From Candidatus Heimdallarchaeota archaeon (GTDB taxonomy: Archaea; Asgardarchaeota; Heimdallarchaeia; Hodarchaeales; Hodarchaeaceae), in the NCBI GenBank assembly GCA_020353515.1, contig CP070695.1:3710277-3774276 (forward strand): a stretch of DNA of 64,000 nucleotides, read 5' to 3'. Shown piece by piece: positions 1 through 10,086 of this stretch. The notes under the pieces were generated by a model. That model had not been told where the DNA came from and ran no database searches. It was given only the letters and a program-made list of their open reading frames with translations. Both the position numbers and the translations under genes were made by a program. Each line of letters begins with the position of its first letter. Position 1 is the first letter of the stretch.

Positions 1-379
1 ACACATTTATTGAAGCCCAGATTGTTTCTGAGATACTTGTGCCAATGAGAATGTCAACACGACTTGTAGGTGTGGTCCATAAGACTTCTAGTGTTCCAGA
101 CTCTTGTTCCCAACGAATTGCGTTTCCTGCACCCCAAACAGCGGAGGAAACGAACATGAATAGTATTGTACCTATAACAAGAAAACTAAGAAAATCTTCA
201 CTTCCAGTAAGTTCTGCAAAGTATTTGCTTGAGGTTCCACCAACAAATGCAATACCTTGAAAGATAAGCGGTGTTACCCACATAACTGGCATTATTGCCC
301 AGAACAACAAGTCAAATTTATAGCGCGACATGTGGATAATGTTTTTGTAGATTATCGCTCGAATTGTGGAAAAATCCAT
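1..379 (-). CDS. ABC-2 type transporter permease (runs off left edge of window)
   Basis: Manual translation from ATG at 379: MDFSTIRAIIYKNIIHMSRYKFDLLFWAIMPVMWVTPLIFQGIAF...AIRWEQESGTLEVLWTTPTSR (ABC-2 permease E..GTLE motif); starts 1 bp after the ATPase stop. Confidence 0.85.
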   Translation of the reverse strand, partial: MDFSTIRAIIYKNIIHMSRYKFDLLFWAIMPVMWVTPLIFQGIAFVGGTSSKYFAELTGSEDFLSFLVIGTILFMFVSSAVWGAGNAIRWEQESGTLEVLWTTPTSRVDILIGTSISETIWASINV

Positions 380-380
380 G

Positions 381-1385
381 TTATACCTCCTCCTTACTAT
401 CAGTCAATCCACGTCCAGTAAGTTGAATGAAAGCATCTTCTAATGTGGGGGTTTCTACATCGATACTTTGAATTCTAATATCCTTTTCTTTCAATTTTTC
501 TAAGACAGAGAGCATTATCTGCGAGCTATCAGGTGTGTGTATACGAATATAATCATCATGATGATGTACTTCAAGAATTCCAGATATATCTTCTAAAGTT
601 CCATATGAAAAAGAATCAGAGGTCTTTATCTTGATTACTTCCTGTTCTTTGACCCGTAATTTAAGCTGTTCTGGAGTGGATAAATCAATAATTTTTCCAT
701 TGTCAATTAATGCTACACGATCTGATAATTGATCAGCTTCAGCCATATAATGAGTAGTCAGAAGAATAGTCTTACCTTCTTCCTTTTGTAGAACATTTTT
801 GATATATAACCTCAAATCCCGAGCAAAGGAAGGATCCAAACCTAAAGTTGGTTCATCAAAGATTAAAATGGGTGCGTTTGATATTAATGACCGTGCAAAG
901 TTTACTTTCATTTTCATTCCAGTACTATAATTTTCCACACGCTCAGTAGCCTTGTCTGTGAGCTGCATTTGTTCAAGTAAATGTATGGCTCGTTTTTTTG
1001 CTTCTTTTTTATTTAGACCATACATTCGGCCAAAAAATATTAAGTTCTCTAACCCAGTCATTTTCCAGTAAGTACTACGCTCTCCACCCCCAATTGTAGC
1101 TCCGAAACTAGCACGAGCTTGGCGACTTTCTTTAACAACATCAAACCCATTAATTCTTGCTATGCCATGATCGGGAATAACGATTGTAGTGAGAATTTTC
1201 ACCAACGTAGTCTTACCAGCACCATTAGGACCTAATAATCCAAAAATTTCACCTTTATGTACCTGAAGATCTACTTTATCAAGAGCTTGAACTGTTTTTT
1301 TCTCACGACTACGTTTGAATCGTGAACCTCTTGTTTTTACGAATTTCTTACTTATTTTTGATACATAAATTGGAAATTCTTGCAT
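381..1385 (-). CDS. ABC transporter ATP-binding protein (DrrA/NodI-like exporter)
   Basis: Walker A GPNGAGKT, signature YSTGM, Walker B ILIFDEPT, H-loop TTHYM, C-terminal TLEDAFIQLTG. Confidence 0.93.
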   Translation of the reverse strand: MQEFPIYVSKISKKFVKTRGSRFKRSREKKTVQALDKVDLQVHKGEIFGLLGPNGAGKTTLVKILTTIVIPDHGIARINGFDVVKESRQARASFGATIGGGERSTYWKMTGLENLIFFGRMYGLNKKEAKKRAIHLLEQMQLTDKATERVENYSTGMKMKVNFARSLISNAPILIFDEPTLGLDPSFARDLRLYIKNVLQKEEGKTILLTTHYMAEADQLSDRVALIDNGKIIDLSTPEQLKLRVKEQEVIKIKTSDSFSYGTLEDISGILEVHHHDDYIRIHTPDSSQIMLSVLEKLKEKDIRIQSIDVETPTLEDAFIQLTGRGLTDSKEEV

Positions 1386-1514
1386 TAAATAACTTCCATT
1401 GATGTACTAATAACGCTCATCATCATAACGGCAATTTCATCCTAATTTTCATACTCTAGATATATTTTTTTAAAACGACGATTGGTAACCACACAATAGG
1501 AAGCAGATCCCGCA

Positions 1515-2966
1515 ATGACTCCAACTGATGCAGAAAAACGAATTTCTAGTGTAGGTATTGACGTAGGAACTAGTACTTCTCATTTAATTTTCTCAGAATT
1601 AGTTTTAAGGAAAGATCCAAATTCTAGAACAGAAAAGTACCATGTTGCAGAGAGAAATATCCAGTATCGAGGAAATATCTTTTTCACTCCACTCACAGAG
1701 AAAAATGAAATTAATTTAGAAGAACTAACCCAGTTTCTCCTAAAAGAATACCAAAAAGCGGGAAAGAACACCTCTGAAATCGACACAGGCGCAGTCATAA
1801 TTACTGGAGAGTCAGCCAAGAAAGAAAATGCAGAAAAAATTATAGAAATTCTAGCGCGAGAGACAGGTAAATTTGTAGCCGCCAGTGCAGGGCCTAATTT
1901 TGAAGCGATTATATCTGCATACGGATCAGGTGCTGTGAAATATTCTAAAGAGCAATCTTGTAAAGTTATTCATACAGATGTCGGAGGGGGAACTTCAAAT
2001 ATTGCAGTAATTCAAAATGGGGAGATACATGCAACTGCTTGCATTAATGTAGGAGGACGATTAATTGTTTTTAATGACAAAGAGGAAATTATACGTTTAG
2101 AGCCTGCTGGGAAAATCGCACTGGATCATTGTAAACTAGATCTAGGTCTAGGAGATACTGTTACACTTTCCCAGAAAAGCCATATTGCTTATGAGTTAAC
2201 ATCTGCTTTGTTTGAGGTTATCAGAGGTCAAAAATTATCGTTATTTGCTAAAAAGCTAATGATGACATCAGTAATACCTATTGAATCTGCTAAAGGAATC
2301 TCATATTGGAGTTTTTCTGGCGGAGTAGCAGAATATATCTACAAAAATAATATTCAATATTTTAATGATCTTGGTTTACAATTAGGTCAGGAAATTCGGT
2401 CACGAATCGAAAAAGAATGCAGTAATATCTGGATAGAAGTACCAGAGAAAATTAGGGCGACTGTGATAGGTGCAAGTGAATACACATTACAAGTAAGTGG
2501 ATCCACGACATTTATGTCACCTGATACAAAAGAGTCTTCATTCCCTATTAGAAATTTACCCATTGTCACCCCATTAATTCAACGAGAGATGCTATCAGAA
2601 GAGTACATTGCTAGTCAAATTTCAGCTGCTTTACAGAGACTCGATCTTCTTGAAGGAAACGAACCTATCGCTTTAGCGTTTCACGATCCAGTCAGAACTG
2701 TTTATGAAAAATTAACAACATTTTCAAAAGGAGTTGTAAAAGCTCTTCCCAAGACAATCAGCAACAATAGACCCATTATTTTAATTTTTGATACAGATAT
2801 CGGGAATTCAGTAGGAAATGTTCTTCAACGCGAAACAGGCGTAAAAAATGATATTCTTTCAATTGATGAGATCTTTTTGAAGGAAGGAGATTTCATTGAT
2901 ATTGGTCAGCCTATTGTGAATAATAGAGTGTTTCCAGTTGTTGTAAAGTCTTTGATTTTTGAATGA
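1515..2966 (+). CDS. eutA: Ethanolamine ammonia-lyase reactivating factor EutA (ASKHA ATPase)
   Basis: SVGIDVGTSTSHLIFS, GAVIITGESAKKENA, FVAASAGPNFEAIISAYGSGA, DVGGGTSN, IRATVIGAS, C-terminal GDFIDIG...PVVVKSLIF. Confidence 0.88.
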   Translation: MTPTDAEKRISSVGIDVGTSTSHLIFSELVLRKDPNSRTEKYHVAERNIQYRGNIFFTPLTEKNEINLEELTQFLLKEYQKAGKNTSEIDTGAVIITGESAKKENAEKIIEILARETGKFVAASAGPNFEAIISAYGSGAVKYSKEQSCKVIHTDVGGGTSNIAVIQNGEIHATACINVGGRLIVFNDKEEIIRLEPAGKIALDHCKLDLGLGDTVTLSQKSHIAYELTSALFEVIRGQKLSLFAKKLMMTSVIPIESAKGISYWSFSGGVAEYIYKNNIQYFNDLGLQLGQEIRSRIEKECSNIWIEVPEKIRATVIGASEYTLQVSGSTTFMSPDTKESSFPIRNLPIVTPLIQREMLSEEYIASQISAALQRLDLLEGNEPIALAFHDPVRTVYEKLTTFSKGVVKALPKTISNNRPIILIFDTDIGNSVGNVLQRETGVKNDILSIDEIFLKEGDFIDIGQPIVNNRVFPVVVKSLIFE

Positions 2967-3147
2967 AATGTAAGTCTTAAAATTAATCTCTGGGATTATT
3001 CACTCTGGTGATTTTAAGGAATTATCAGTTACTTTTACTTATATTTTTGGCTTTCTCATCGCAGTTCAAGGGAACTTGTGTCTTCATTCAGTGAAAAAAC
3101 GATTCAATAAGAGAATAATCATACAAATGGAAGAAAATTGATTAGTG

Positions 3148-4431
3148 TCACCCCTCAGAAAAAAGGATGTCGTAAATCAATTTACCATAATGTTGTTCGA
3201 TTTCAATGATGATTATTTGAAAAAGATCCATAGTAACTTTTTTCCCTGAAATTTTAGCTAAGTTACGAATAATATTATCCATAAAAGGAAAAAAAGCGTG
3301 TTGGAATAAGGGAGCTATTATTTGAGAGCGGGATTTCATTAATGCATGAAATTTTTCAAAATGAAAACCCTTTTCATAATTCTCAACTAGTTTCGCCACA
3401 CAGATTATTCTTCCCTTGTCATTGGCGTATACTAAATCCTGATGAAATATAATCTCAAATAAATCGAATGTAATGAAATCTCCAAGCATTCTTATTAAAT
3501 GTTGACGGAGTACATTGAGGAATTCTGTAAAAATTATTAATAATAGTCTATCATCAGTTAATGGCTTAATATAACCAGCTAGAGATAAGTAGCGAAATAG
3601 CTGAGTCATTCGCATCTCTCCTTTTTCGGTTAATGATAATTTAGCGGAAAGAGATGATATTGTATGCTTACCATCAATTTTTTGGGTGATTTTAACCCCC
3701 CAATCTCCCCAATATTGTTTGATTGCGTGAAAAGCTCCCCCTTGTTCTAAAAGAATACCAAGGTGGGCATCTTCTATTTGAAAAATATCTGTTCCTCTTA
3801 TAGAGATATCAATAGACTTAATATATCCTAATTCTTGGAGCATAGCTGTTCTTGTAATAACATATGGTAAAGGCCAATTTAGATTTCGACTAATTTCAGT
3901 TAATGATTTTTTTCCATCGAAATTCTTTAGCAAAGGGATAAATTTTGGTGAAATTTGGAAACTTTTGTTGGTCGTATCTTTTAGGCGTTTATACACTAAA
4001 TTTTCGTCAACATGCACCAGTATGAATTGATTTACAAGATTACGAAATGGCGTGTACTTTTGTGGAACGATATCATGTTTAAGTTCTTCTAAATAGTTGT
4101 GTTCGAACAGATCAATTATTACTCGTATTTTTTCCATTAAAATATGGCTTTCTACATCAACTAGTAAAATGGCAGTTACTTGTTTTCCTCTTTCAAACAT
4201 AATTTTCATGTTTTCCCTCTCAATAACGTTTAAGGAGCCACTCTCACCAGATATGTTGTCCATTATATTATCGGAAAAGGTCGAAATAGCACTAGCAAGC
4301 CCCCCAATGATAAGTCCGTCCGTATTGGGGGCAAAAACACTGAATCGAATATCAAATAACGATAACCCTTCAATGTGTAATAAAAAATATATTGGCCTTC
4401 CTTTGATTTTGGCAATAGATTTTTCACTCAT
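3148..4431 (-). CDS. Longin-like N-terminal domain plus two winged-helix repeats (NPRL2-like architecture)
   Basis: N-terminal GL..F.....LIIGGLASAISTF...LNVIERENMKIMFERG..VTAILLVD longin-like pattern; two repeats (F/I)DGK(K/H)(S/T)..(E/S)(I/L)S..L...L...GYIK. Confidence 0.55.
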   Translation of the reverse strand: MSEKSIAKIKGRPIYFLLHIEGLSLFDIRFSVFAPNTDGLIIGGLASAISTFSDNIMDNISGESGSLNVIERENMKIMFERGKQVTAILLVDVESHILMEKIRVIIDLFEHNYLEELKHDIVPQKYTPFRNLVNQFILVHVDENLVYKRLKDTTNKSFQISPKFIPLLKNFDGKKSLTEISRNLNWPLPYVITRTAMLQELGYIKSIDISIRGTDIFQIEDAHLGILLEQGGAFHAIKQYWGDWGVKITQKIDGKHTISSLSAKLSLTEKGEMRMTQLFRYLSLAGYIKPLTDDRLLLIIFTEFLNVLRQHLIRMLGDFITFDLFEIIFHQDLVYANDKGRIICVAKLVENYEKGFHFEKFHALMKSRSQIIAPLFQHAFFPFMDNIIRNLAKISGKKVTMDLFQIIIIEIEQHYGKLIYDILFSEG

Positions 4432-4437
4432 TCCGAA

Positions 4438-4809
4438 TCACTCATTTTGATCCTTTATAGCTGAAAGAGTATGCTTTTGCGCCTGGTTATGAATTTCATC
4501 AAAAAATAAGGATATTTTCCATAAACCAAAAAGAATTAGTCCAATTCCTAAAACTAAAACCATGGTTGAACCTATATCTAATATGGGTTCCCATATGGGG
4601 TCTTGGATCTGCTCTTCCATCATAACTAAGAGTGTTTGAAATAGTAAACTGCTCACGCTAAAAAAAAATCCTAAACTAATAATTTTAATACTTGTACCTA
4701 TCGTTCCTTTCAGTTTAAACTGTTTAGCTATCGTTACAAGGCCAATCATCATACTAAAAATGTAAATCATTACTCTAAGAGCATTAAACTCTTCCATGCT
4801 TAACACCAA
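4438..4809 (-). CDS. Small 3-TM membrane protein, probably co-transcribed with the longin-wHTH gene
   Basis: Three hydrophobic segments; 6-bp gap to downstream gene. Confidence 0.7.
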   Translation of the reverse strand: MVLSMEEFNALRVMIYIFSMMIGLVTIAKQFKLKGTIGTSIKIISLGFFFSVSSLLFQTLLVMMEEQIQDPIWEPILDIGSTMVLVLGIGLILFGLWKISLFFDEIHNQAQKHTLSAIKDQNE

Positions 4810-5001
4810 CTAAGGATTATAGAATATTATTAAAAATAAGAATTGTGTTAAATATTATATCCTTTAATTTTTGGGTAAAGATTAACCCTTTTTTCTTTCA
4901 TCCTCGTTTTAACTATTCTTCGATTTTTTTAGAGGTAATTACATTAAGTTAACATAATTTGTTTTATTTGAATCCATTCTCATGTACCTTATTTATATCC
5001 G

Positions 5002-5886
5002 GTGTATTTGTTGTCTAGACATTATTTTTTTCTTAAAGTGATTGTAGTTTTTTTACTTGCTGGACTAATTAGTAGTTTCATAATCAATCCTGTGTCAGGT
5101 TTATATTATGAAACTAAAGTGAAAAAGGGAGAGAGGATAGTTTACAAAAGACACGATTATAATTATAGTTCTCAATCATGGGAATCTTGGTCTTACCTGA
5201 TGTATGAGATCGTTTCATTCAAGGATCATTCCTTTAATGGAATGACTGAGACTACTATTGAAGCTAAGCGTTGGACAAGTAAAGATTCTACCCACTGGAT
5301 CCAAATTCCTTTTCAAAATTACGACATAGATGTGAATTCTCCAGAAAAATCATCACCAATTGGGGTTATAGCACATTTAACCAAAATACCAATTAAATTT
5401 TCTGTAACAATCGATAGCGAGGATCTTATCATCCGCTCTGGTATTAAGATAGAAGATTTCTTAGATGAAATAGAATCTATGATAGAAACACTATCAGAAG
5501 GAGACGACGAATTAAGAATTAATCCCATAAATGACGGTTATGGTATAAATCTGATAGTAGTCCGATGTGGATGTGCCATAGAAGGAGGAGTGGGGAAGAG
5601 TGTTCGTAATATCACGTATAATTCACGTGGTGTATTACAAAGCTTTTATTTCGACGATAAAACGAATTTTGGGCCTGATTCAGAAGCAGTAGAGACGAAA
5701 TATGAGCAATTCTTAGTCGAAGACATTGAATTTAACAAAACAACATTTGAAAATCTGAGTATCAGTGGGGGAGACGTCTCTCTTACAACGTTATCTGATC
5801 CAGAAGTGACTCCTTATAGCGCAGTATTCACCCTCTTCAGCCTATTAATTATCATAATCTCTCGAAGACGACTTTATTCAACCTAA
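5002..5886 (+). CDS. Secreted/surface protein with C-terminal TM+basic anchor
   Basis: N-terminal signal peptide; ends ...VTPYSAVFTLFSLLIIIISRRRLYST. Confidence 0.75.
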   Translation: MYLLSRHYFFLKVIVVFLLAGLISSFIINPVSGLYYETKVKKGERIVYKRHDYNYSSQSWESWSYLMYEIVSFKDHSFNGMTETTIEAKRWTSKDSTHWIQIPFQNYDIDVNSPEKSSPIGVIAHLTKIPIKFSVTIDSEDLIIRSGIKIEDFLDEIESMIETLSEGDDELRINPINDGYGINLIVVRCGCAIEGGVGKSVRNITYNSRGVLQSFYFDDKTNFGPDSEAVETKYEQFLVEDIEFNKTTFENLSISGGDVSLTTLSDPEVTPYSAVFTLFSLLIIIISRRRLYST

Positions 5887-6366
5887 TTGGTTTCTGGCTT
5901 TCAATAACTCCTTTGCAAGAATGGCTGCATCAATAATTGGTTCGTAACCTGTACAACGACATAAGTGCCCTTCAAGTTTAGATTTAATTTCCTCTTCTGA
6001 AACATTGGGATTTTTCTCATAAAGACCATAAAGCTCCATAATGTACCCTGGAGTACAGAACCCACATTGGATGGCAGTCGTTTTAATGAAAGCTTGCTGG
6101 ATAGGATGTAATTCGTCATCAGGCAATCTAGGAGATATTCCTTCTATTGTAATAATATTGGTCCCATTTAACAGTTTAGCCCGTATATGACAGGATCTAA
6201 CTGCATCACCGTCCATGATCACAGTACATGCACCACAGTGGTTCTGGCTGCATCCATTCTTAGTTCCTGTTAATCCAAGTTTTTCTCGTAAAATAAATAA
6301 CAAAGAATCTTTGGGATCGACTTCTAATGTGTATTTTTGACCATTCACGGTGATAATAATTTCCAA
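5878..6366 (-). CDS. Xanthine dehydrogenase/CoxS-family (2Fe-2S) subunit
   Basis: GTKNGCSQNHCGACTV and QCGFCTPG...LCRCTGY. Confidence 0.93.
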   Translation of the reverse strand: MEIIITVNGQKYTLEVDPKDSLLFILREKLGLTGTKNGCSQNHCGACTVIMDGDAVRSCHIRAKLLNGTNIITIEGISPRLPDDELHPIQQAFIKTTAIQCGFCTPGYIMELYGLYEKNPNVSEEEIKSKLEGHLCRCTGYEPIIDAAILAKELLKARNQLG

Positions 6367-6370
6367 ACCA

Positions 6371-8695
6371 TCAACTCCTCTGTTTCAACGCTTCCAATAC
6401 CCTTTCAGGGGACGCTGGAAGCTTTGTTAACGATATTCCAGTTGCGTGCTGGAAAGCATTGAGAATAGCGGGAGGTACTCCAATTATGGAATGCTCTGCC
6501 ATTGGTCTAGCTCCAAAAGGGCCGTTTGGTTGGGGATTCTCTATTAAAATGCAAGTGGATTTTTTGGGCATATCAGATAATGTCGGGATTTGATACTTCC
6601 TCAAACTTTTAGTTCTCATGATTCCTTTTTCATCAAATAAGATTCTCTCTTTCAATGCAGCTCCTATTCCCATCATAACTCCCCCTGTAATTTGACCACG
6701 TGATGTTTCAGGATTGATCACTCTTCCGATATCTAGAGCTGTAACGAAGTGGAGAACTTTTATTTTTCCAGTGGCCTTTTCAATACTTATATCACATCCT
6801 TGTGCTCCAAAAGTCCACTCGTAGGGTTGATATTGGCCTGTTTCGAGATCAGGAAAGGTTACGTCTCTCACAACAGAAGATCCAACGGATAGAATGGGAT
6901 CACCTACTGTATGACCATCCTCGTATTGGTATCCAAGAACTAGTTCTTTGAGTGGAATTGATTTACCCAAATATGAAACTGTTCTCCCATCATACACCAA
7001 ATCTTGTGAATTACAATTGAAGACTAATGCAGCGTTGTTTTTAAATTGGGTAATTGCCTTATCACAAGCATTGAGTATTGCATTTCCAACCCTCATTGTC
7101 GTCATACTTGCAACAGTTTGCCACTCATAAGGAGTGATTTGTGTGTTAATTTCATGGTTTATTCTAATATTTTCAACAGGAATTCTCAATTTCTCTGCAG
7201 CTATTTGAGCCAAAACCGTTAAACATCCTTGGCCCATTTCAACCCCCCCTATCGAAATATTGACGGTTAAATCCTCATTAAACTTTAAGAAAACGTTAGA
7301 GGAAGCATTTGTAGTTTGTACAGGTGACTTAATTAACGCAGCAACTCCTCGGCCATAGATGAAATTATTATCCTCTTCAGGTAACTGATCGAATGACAAA
7401 GCTTCATTCATTTTTTCAAAACATTCTCTAATATCGCCATTATGTTCAGTTATCGTTTGATTAAGGGAATTTGTGTCACCAGGTTTTAGGAAATTCTTCA
7501 TCCGTAGTTTCTTTGAATCTATTCCAAGCAGATTCGCTACTTGTTCGATCAACCTTTCTAGACAAAACTGCCCTTCAGGATGTCCATAACCCCTCATTGC
7601 TCCTACTGGGGGAGTATTTGTATATACTCCATACGATTTAAGATTACAGTTCGGAAAATTATACGGCCCCGCGCAATTATGACCTGCAGCTAACACAACA
7701 TTACAACTTGTGTCTCCATAGGCCCCATCTGAAAAATATAATTGAGCTTCAAGTCCCATAAAGGTACCATCTTTTTTCGCTCCAATTTTCATTGTTCCTT
7801 TCAAACCTCGGCCTAGAACTGTGCCAATAAACACCTCTTTTCGGGTGAGAACGAATTTAACATGGTGCCCTGGAACATATCGGGCGCAAGCAGCTAAAAG
7901 TGGCTCAATTGTGTAATCAGATTTCCCACCGAAACCACCTCCAAGAAAAGGAACATTTATGTGGATTTTATTCATAGGGAGCTCAAAAATATCTGATAAT
8001 ACTTCCCGTACAACAAAGGGGGCTTGGGAACTGCTCCAGATATGCAAATCTCCAGTTTGAGTCCAATAAGCTACCGCTCCATGAGGTTCGATTGTGGCAT
8101 GATTCAATAAGGGATATTCAAATTCATTTTCTACTGTTATATCGGCCTCAAGAAATACATTCTCATGATTACCCTTTTTCAATTGATATTTGTAGAATAT
8201 GTTCGTCTTGGGTATTGGGACAAACGTTGGGACATGCTTGTATTCACCATTCTGTTTATGAATCAGAGGAGCTTCTGGAGAAGAAGCCTCAATCGGATCC
8301 AAGACAAAAGGTAATTCTTCAAGTTCTACTTTAATTTTTTTGATCGCATCAAGCGCATTCTTCTCACTTTCCGCTATAACAGCCGCAACAACTTCACCTG
8401 GATGTCTAACCTTTTCAAATGCCATTATAGGTTGATCAAATATGCAAGTTCCGTATAATACGTTTTTATAAATTCCCTCTGTATTTCTACTAATAATTTT
8501 ATATACTCCCTCAAGGGATTCAGCCTCAGATGTATCAATTGATTTTATCTGAGCATGAGGAACACCAGCACGTAAAACCTTCAGGTATAATGTTCGGGGA
8601 AATCGTAAATCGTCGATATAAAGAGCAGAACCAGTTACTTTAGCTTTTGCATCTGTTCGGGATATTGATTTCCCAATTATATTGTAAGGCGACAA
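6371..8695 (-). CDS. Xanthine dehydrogenase/aldehyde oxidoreductase family molybdopterin-binding subunit
   Basis: AKVTGSALYIDD, GGGFGGK, AMRGYG, GVEMGQG, GQITGGVMMGIG, GPFGARPMAE; TTG start with GAGGGT SD. Confidence 0.92.
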   Translation of the reverse strand: MSPYNIIGKSISRTDAKAKVTGSALYIDDLRFPRTLYLKVLRAGVPHAQIKSIDTSEAESLEGVYKIISRNTEGIYKNVLYGTCIFDQPIMAFEKVRHPGEVVAAVIAESEKNALDAIKKIKVELEELPFVLDPIEASSPEAPLIHKQNGEYKHVPTFVPIPKTNIFYKYQLKKGNHENVFLEADITVENEFEYPLLNHATIEPHGAVAYWTQTGDLHIWSSSQAPFVVREVLSDIFELPMNKIHINVPFLGGGFGGKSDYTIEPLLAACARYVPGHHVKFVLTRKEVFIGTVLGRGLKGTMKIGAKKDGTFMGLEAQLYFSDGAYGDTSCNVVLAAGHNCAGPYNFPNCNLKSYGVYTNTPPVGAMRGYGHPEGQFCLERLIEQVANLLGIDSKKLRMKNFLKPGDTNSLNQTITEHNGDIRECFEKMNEALSFDQLPEEDNNFIYGRGVAALIKSPVQTTNASSNVFLKFNEDLTVNISIGGVEMGQGCLTVLAQIAAEKLRIPVENIRINHEINTQITPYEWQTVASMTTMRVGNAILNACDKAITQFKNNAALVFNCNSQDLVYDGRTVSYLGKSIPLKELVLGYQYEDGHTVGDPILSVGSSVVRDVTFPDLETGQYQPYEWTFGAQGCDISIEKATGKIKVLHFVTALDIGRVINPETSRGQITGGVMMGIGAALKERILFDEKGIMRTKSLRKYQIPTLSDMPKKSTCILIENPQPNGPFGARPMAEHSIIGVPPAILNAFQHATGISLTKLPASPERVLEALKQRS

Positions 8696-8719
8696 TATGA
8701 ACCCTCAATTGTGTTCTTC

Positions 8720-8741
8720 CATTTACCATTAATGTTAAATG
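8720..8741. promoter_or_regulatory. 22-bp near-perfect palindrome (candidate operator) between divergent Mo-hydroxylase and ACAD-fdrA operons
   Basis: CATTTACCATT|AATGTTAAATG, 10 of 11 positions self-complementary; TTTTTAAA TATA-like box at ~8755. Confidence 0.5.
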
Positions 8742-8804
8742 TTCTATCAAGACCTTTTTAAAAGGCTAATGCCCACCATGTTATTCTGATGAACCTAATG
8801 GTAG

Positions 8805-10061
8805 ATGAATATGTTTGACGTTTTACTTAATGAAAAAGAAACTGAATTGAAATATCAAACCAGAGAATTTGTTAAAAGCATTCCCTCATCTTGGCTCCGA
8901 AAAATGGATCGTGAGGAAATTCAGTACCCCACAGATTATGTAAAGAAGTTGGGAAAAGAAGAATTACTGGGAGTACGATTTCCCTCTAAATATGGAGGTA
9001 AAAACCTTGGATGGGTTGCGGAAACAGCAGCTATAGAAGAAATTGGTGTATTGGGCCCAAGTTTGGGGTGTTTATACTCTCTAGTTAGTATTGTTGGGGA
9101 AGCTATTCATCATTATGGAAATGAAGACCAAAAGAAGAAATACTTAGAACCAATAATAAAAGGAAAATTATTTTGTGCTGAAGCTCTGACAGAACCGAGA
9201 GGAGGTTCTGACTTCTTTGGCGCTACTTGTATTGCTGAAAAACAGGGTGATGATTTCATTCTTAATGGCCAGAAACGTTTTGTAGTGGGGTCAGAGGGAG
9301 CTGATTTCTTCCTTGTATATGCAAAGACCGATTTAAAAGCAATAGATCCCAAGAAATCAATAAGTACCTTTATTGTTCAACGAGATAAAGGAGTAGAGGT
9401 AAAACACGTTTACGGCCTGATGGGAAGCCGCGGAGGAGGCACGGGAAGAATAAACTTCAATAATGTGGAGGTTCCAGGCGAAAATTTGGTTGGAGAGATC
9501 AATCAAGGTGGAGAGATCTTCAATCAGATGATGATTCCTGAACGAATGACTAGTGCTTCAGGTGCCATTGGATCAGCAAGAGCTGGATTAGAGGTCGCAG
9601 CAAAATATAGTAATCGTCGAAAAGCATTTGGACAAGTAATTAGGAAATTTCAAGCGGTCAGTTTTAAACTTGCAGATAGTGTCACTCTTCTTGATGCAGC
9701 AAGATCATTGATCTATAGCACGGCAAGTACAATCGACGCCAATCAGGGAATAACTTCTGGGAATATTCGCCGTATGGTTTCCGAAAGTAAAAAATTTGCT
9801 ACTGATGCTGCTTGGGAGGTTATTAATCATGCCATGCAAATAATGGGAGGAATCGGGTATACCAATGTGTATCCAGTAGAAAGATTACTGAGAGACATTA
9901 GACTGATGAGCATTTGGACTGGAACAAATGAAATAATGAATCTCTTAATCCAACATGAATATTATCGTGAGCTTCTTGGACAACCTGAGAATTTAATTCC
10001 TCGAAATGTCGAGGAAGATGCTGTTGGAGCTGAATATGCGGAAGAAAAGGTCTTTGAGTGA
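8805..10061 (+). CDS. Acyl-CoA dehydrogenase (IVD/LCAD-type catalytic Glu placement)
   Basis: [40 protein letters not shown]; IWTGTNEI lacks the MCAD Glu while PERM supplies the IVD-type Glu. Confidence 0.92.
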   Translation: MNMFDVLLNEKETELKYQTREFVKSIPSSWLRKMDREEIQYPTDYVKKLGKEELLGVRFPSKYGGKNLGWVAETAAIEEIGVLGPSLGCLYSLVSIVGEAIHHYGNEDQKKKYLEPIIKGKLFCAEALTEPRGGSDFFGATCIAEKQGDDFILNGQKRFVVGSEGADFFLVYAKTDLKAIDPKKSISTFIVQRDKGVEVKHVYGLMGSRGGGTGRINFNNVEVPGENLVGEINQGGEIFNQMMIPERMTSASGAIGSARAGLEVAAKYSNRRKAFGQVIRKFQAVSFKLADSVTLLDAARSLIYSTASTIDANQGITSGNIRRMVSESKKFATDAAWEVINHAMQIMGGIGYTNVYPVERLLRDIRLMSIWTGTNEIMNLLIQHEYYRELLGQPENLIPRNVEEDAVGAEYAEEKVFE

Positions 10062-10086
10062 CTCAATCTGTGAATGGTGAATTCCA

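Noticed and set aside
39-260. 73-aa plus-strand ORF in the track
   Set aside because: Antisense shadow of the ABC-2 permease read on the minus strand from 379.
6371-8695. Aerobic CO dehydrogenase (coxL) call
   Set aside because: Active-site loop is AMRGYG, not the AYxCSFR of form I CoxL, and no coxM is present.
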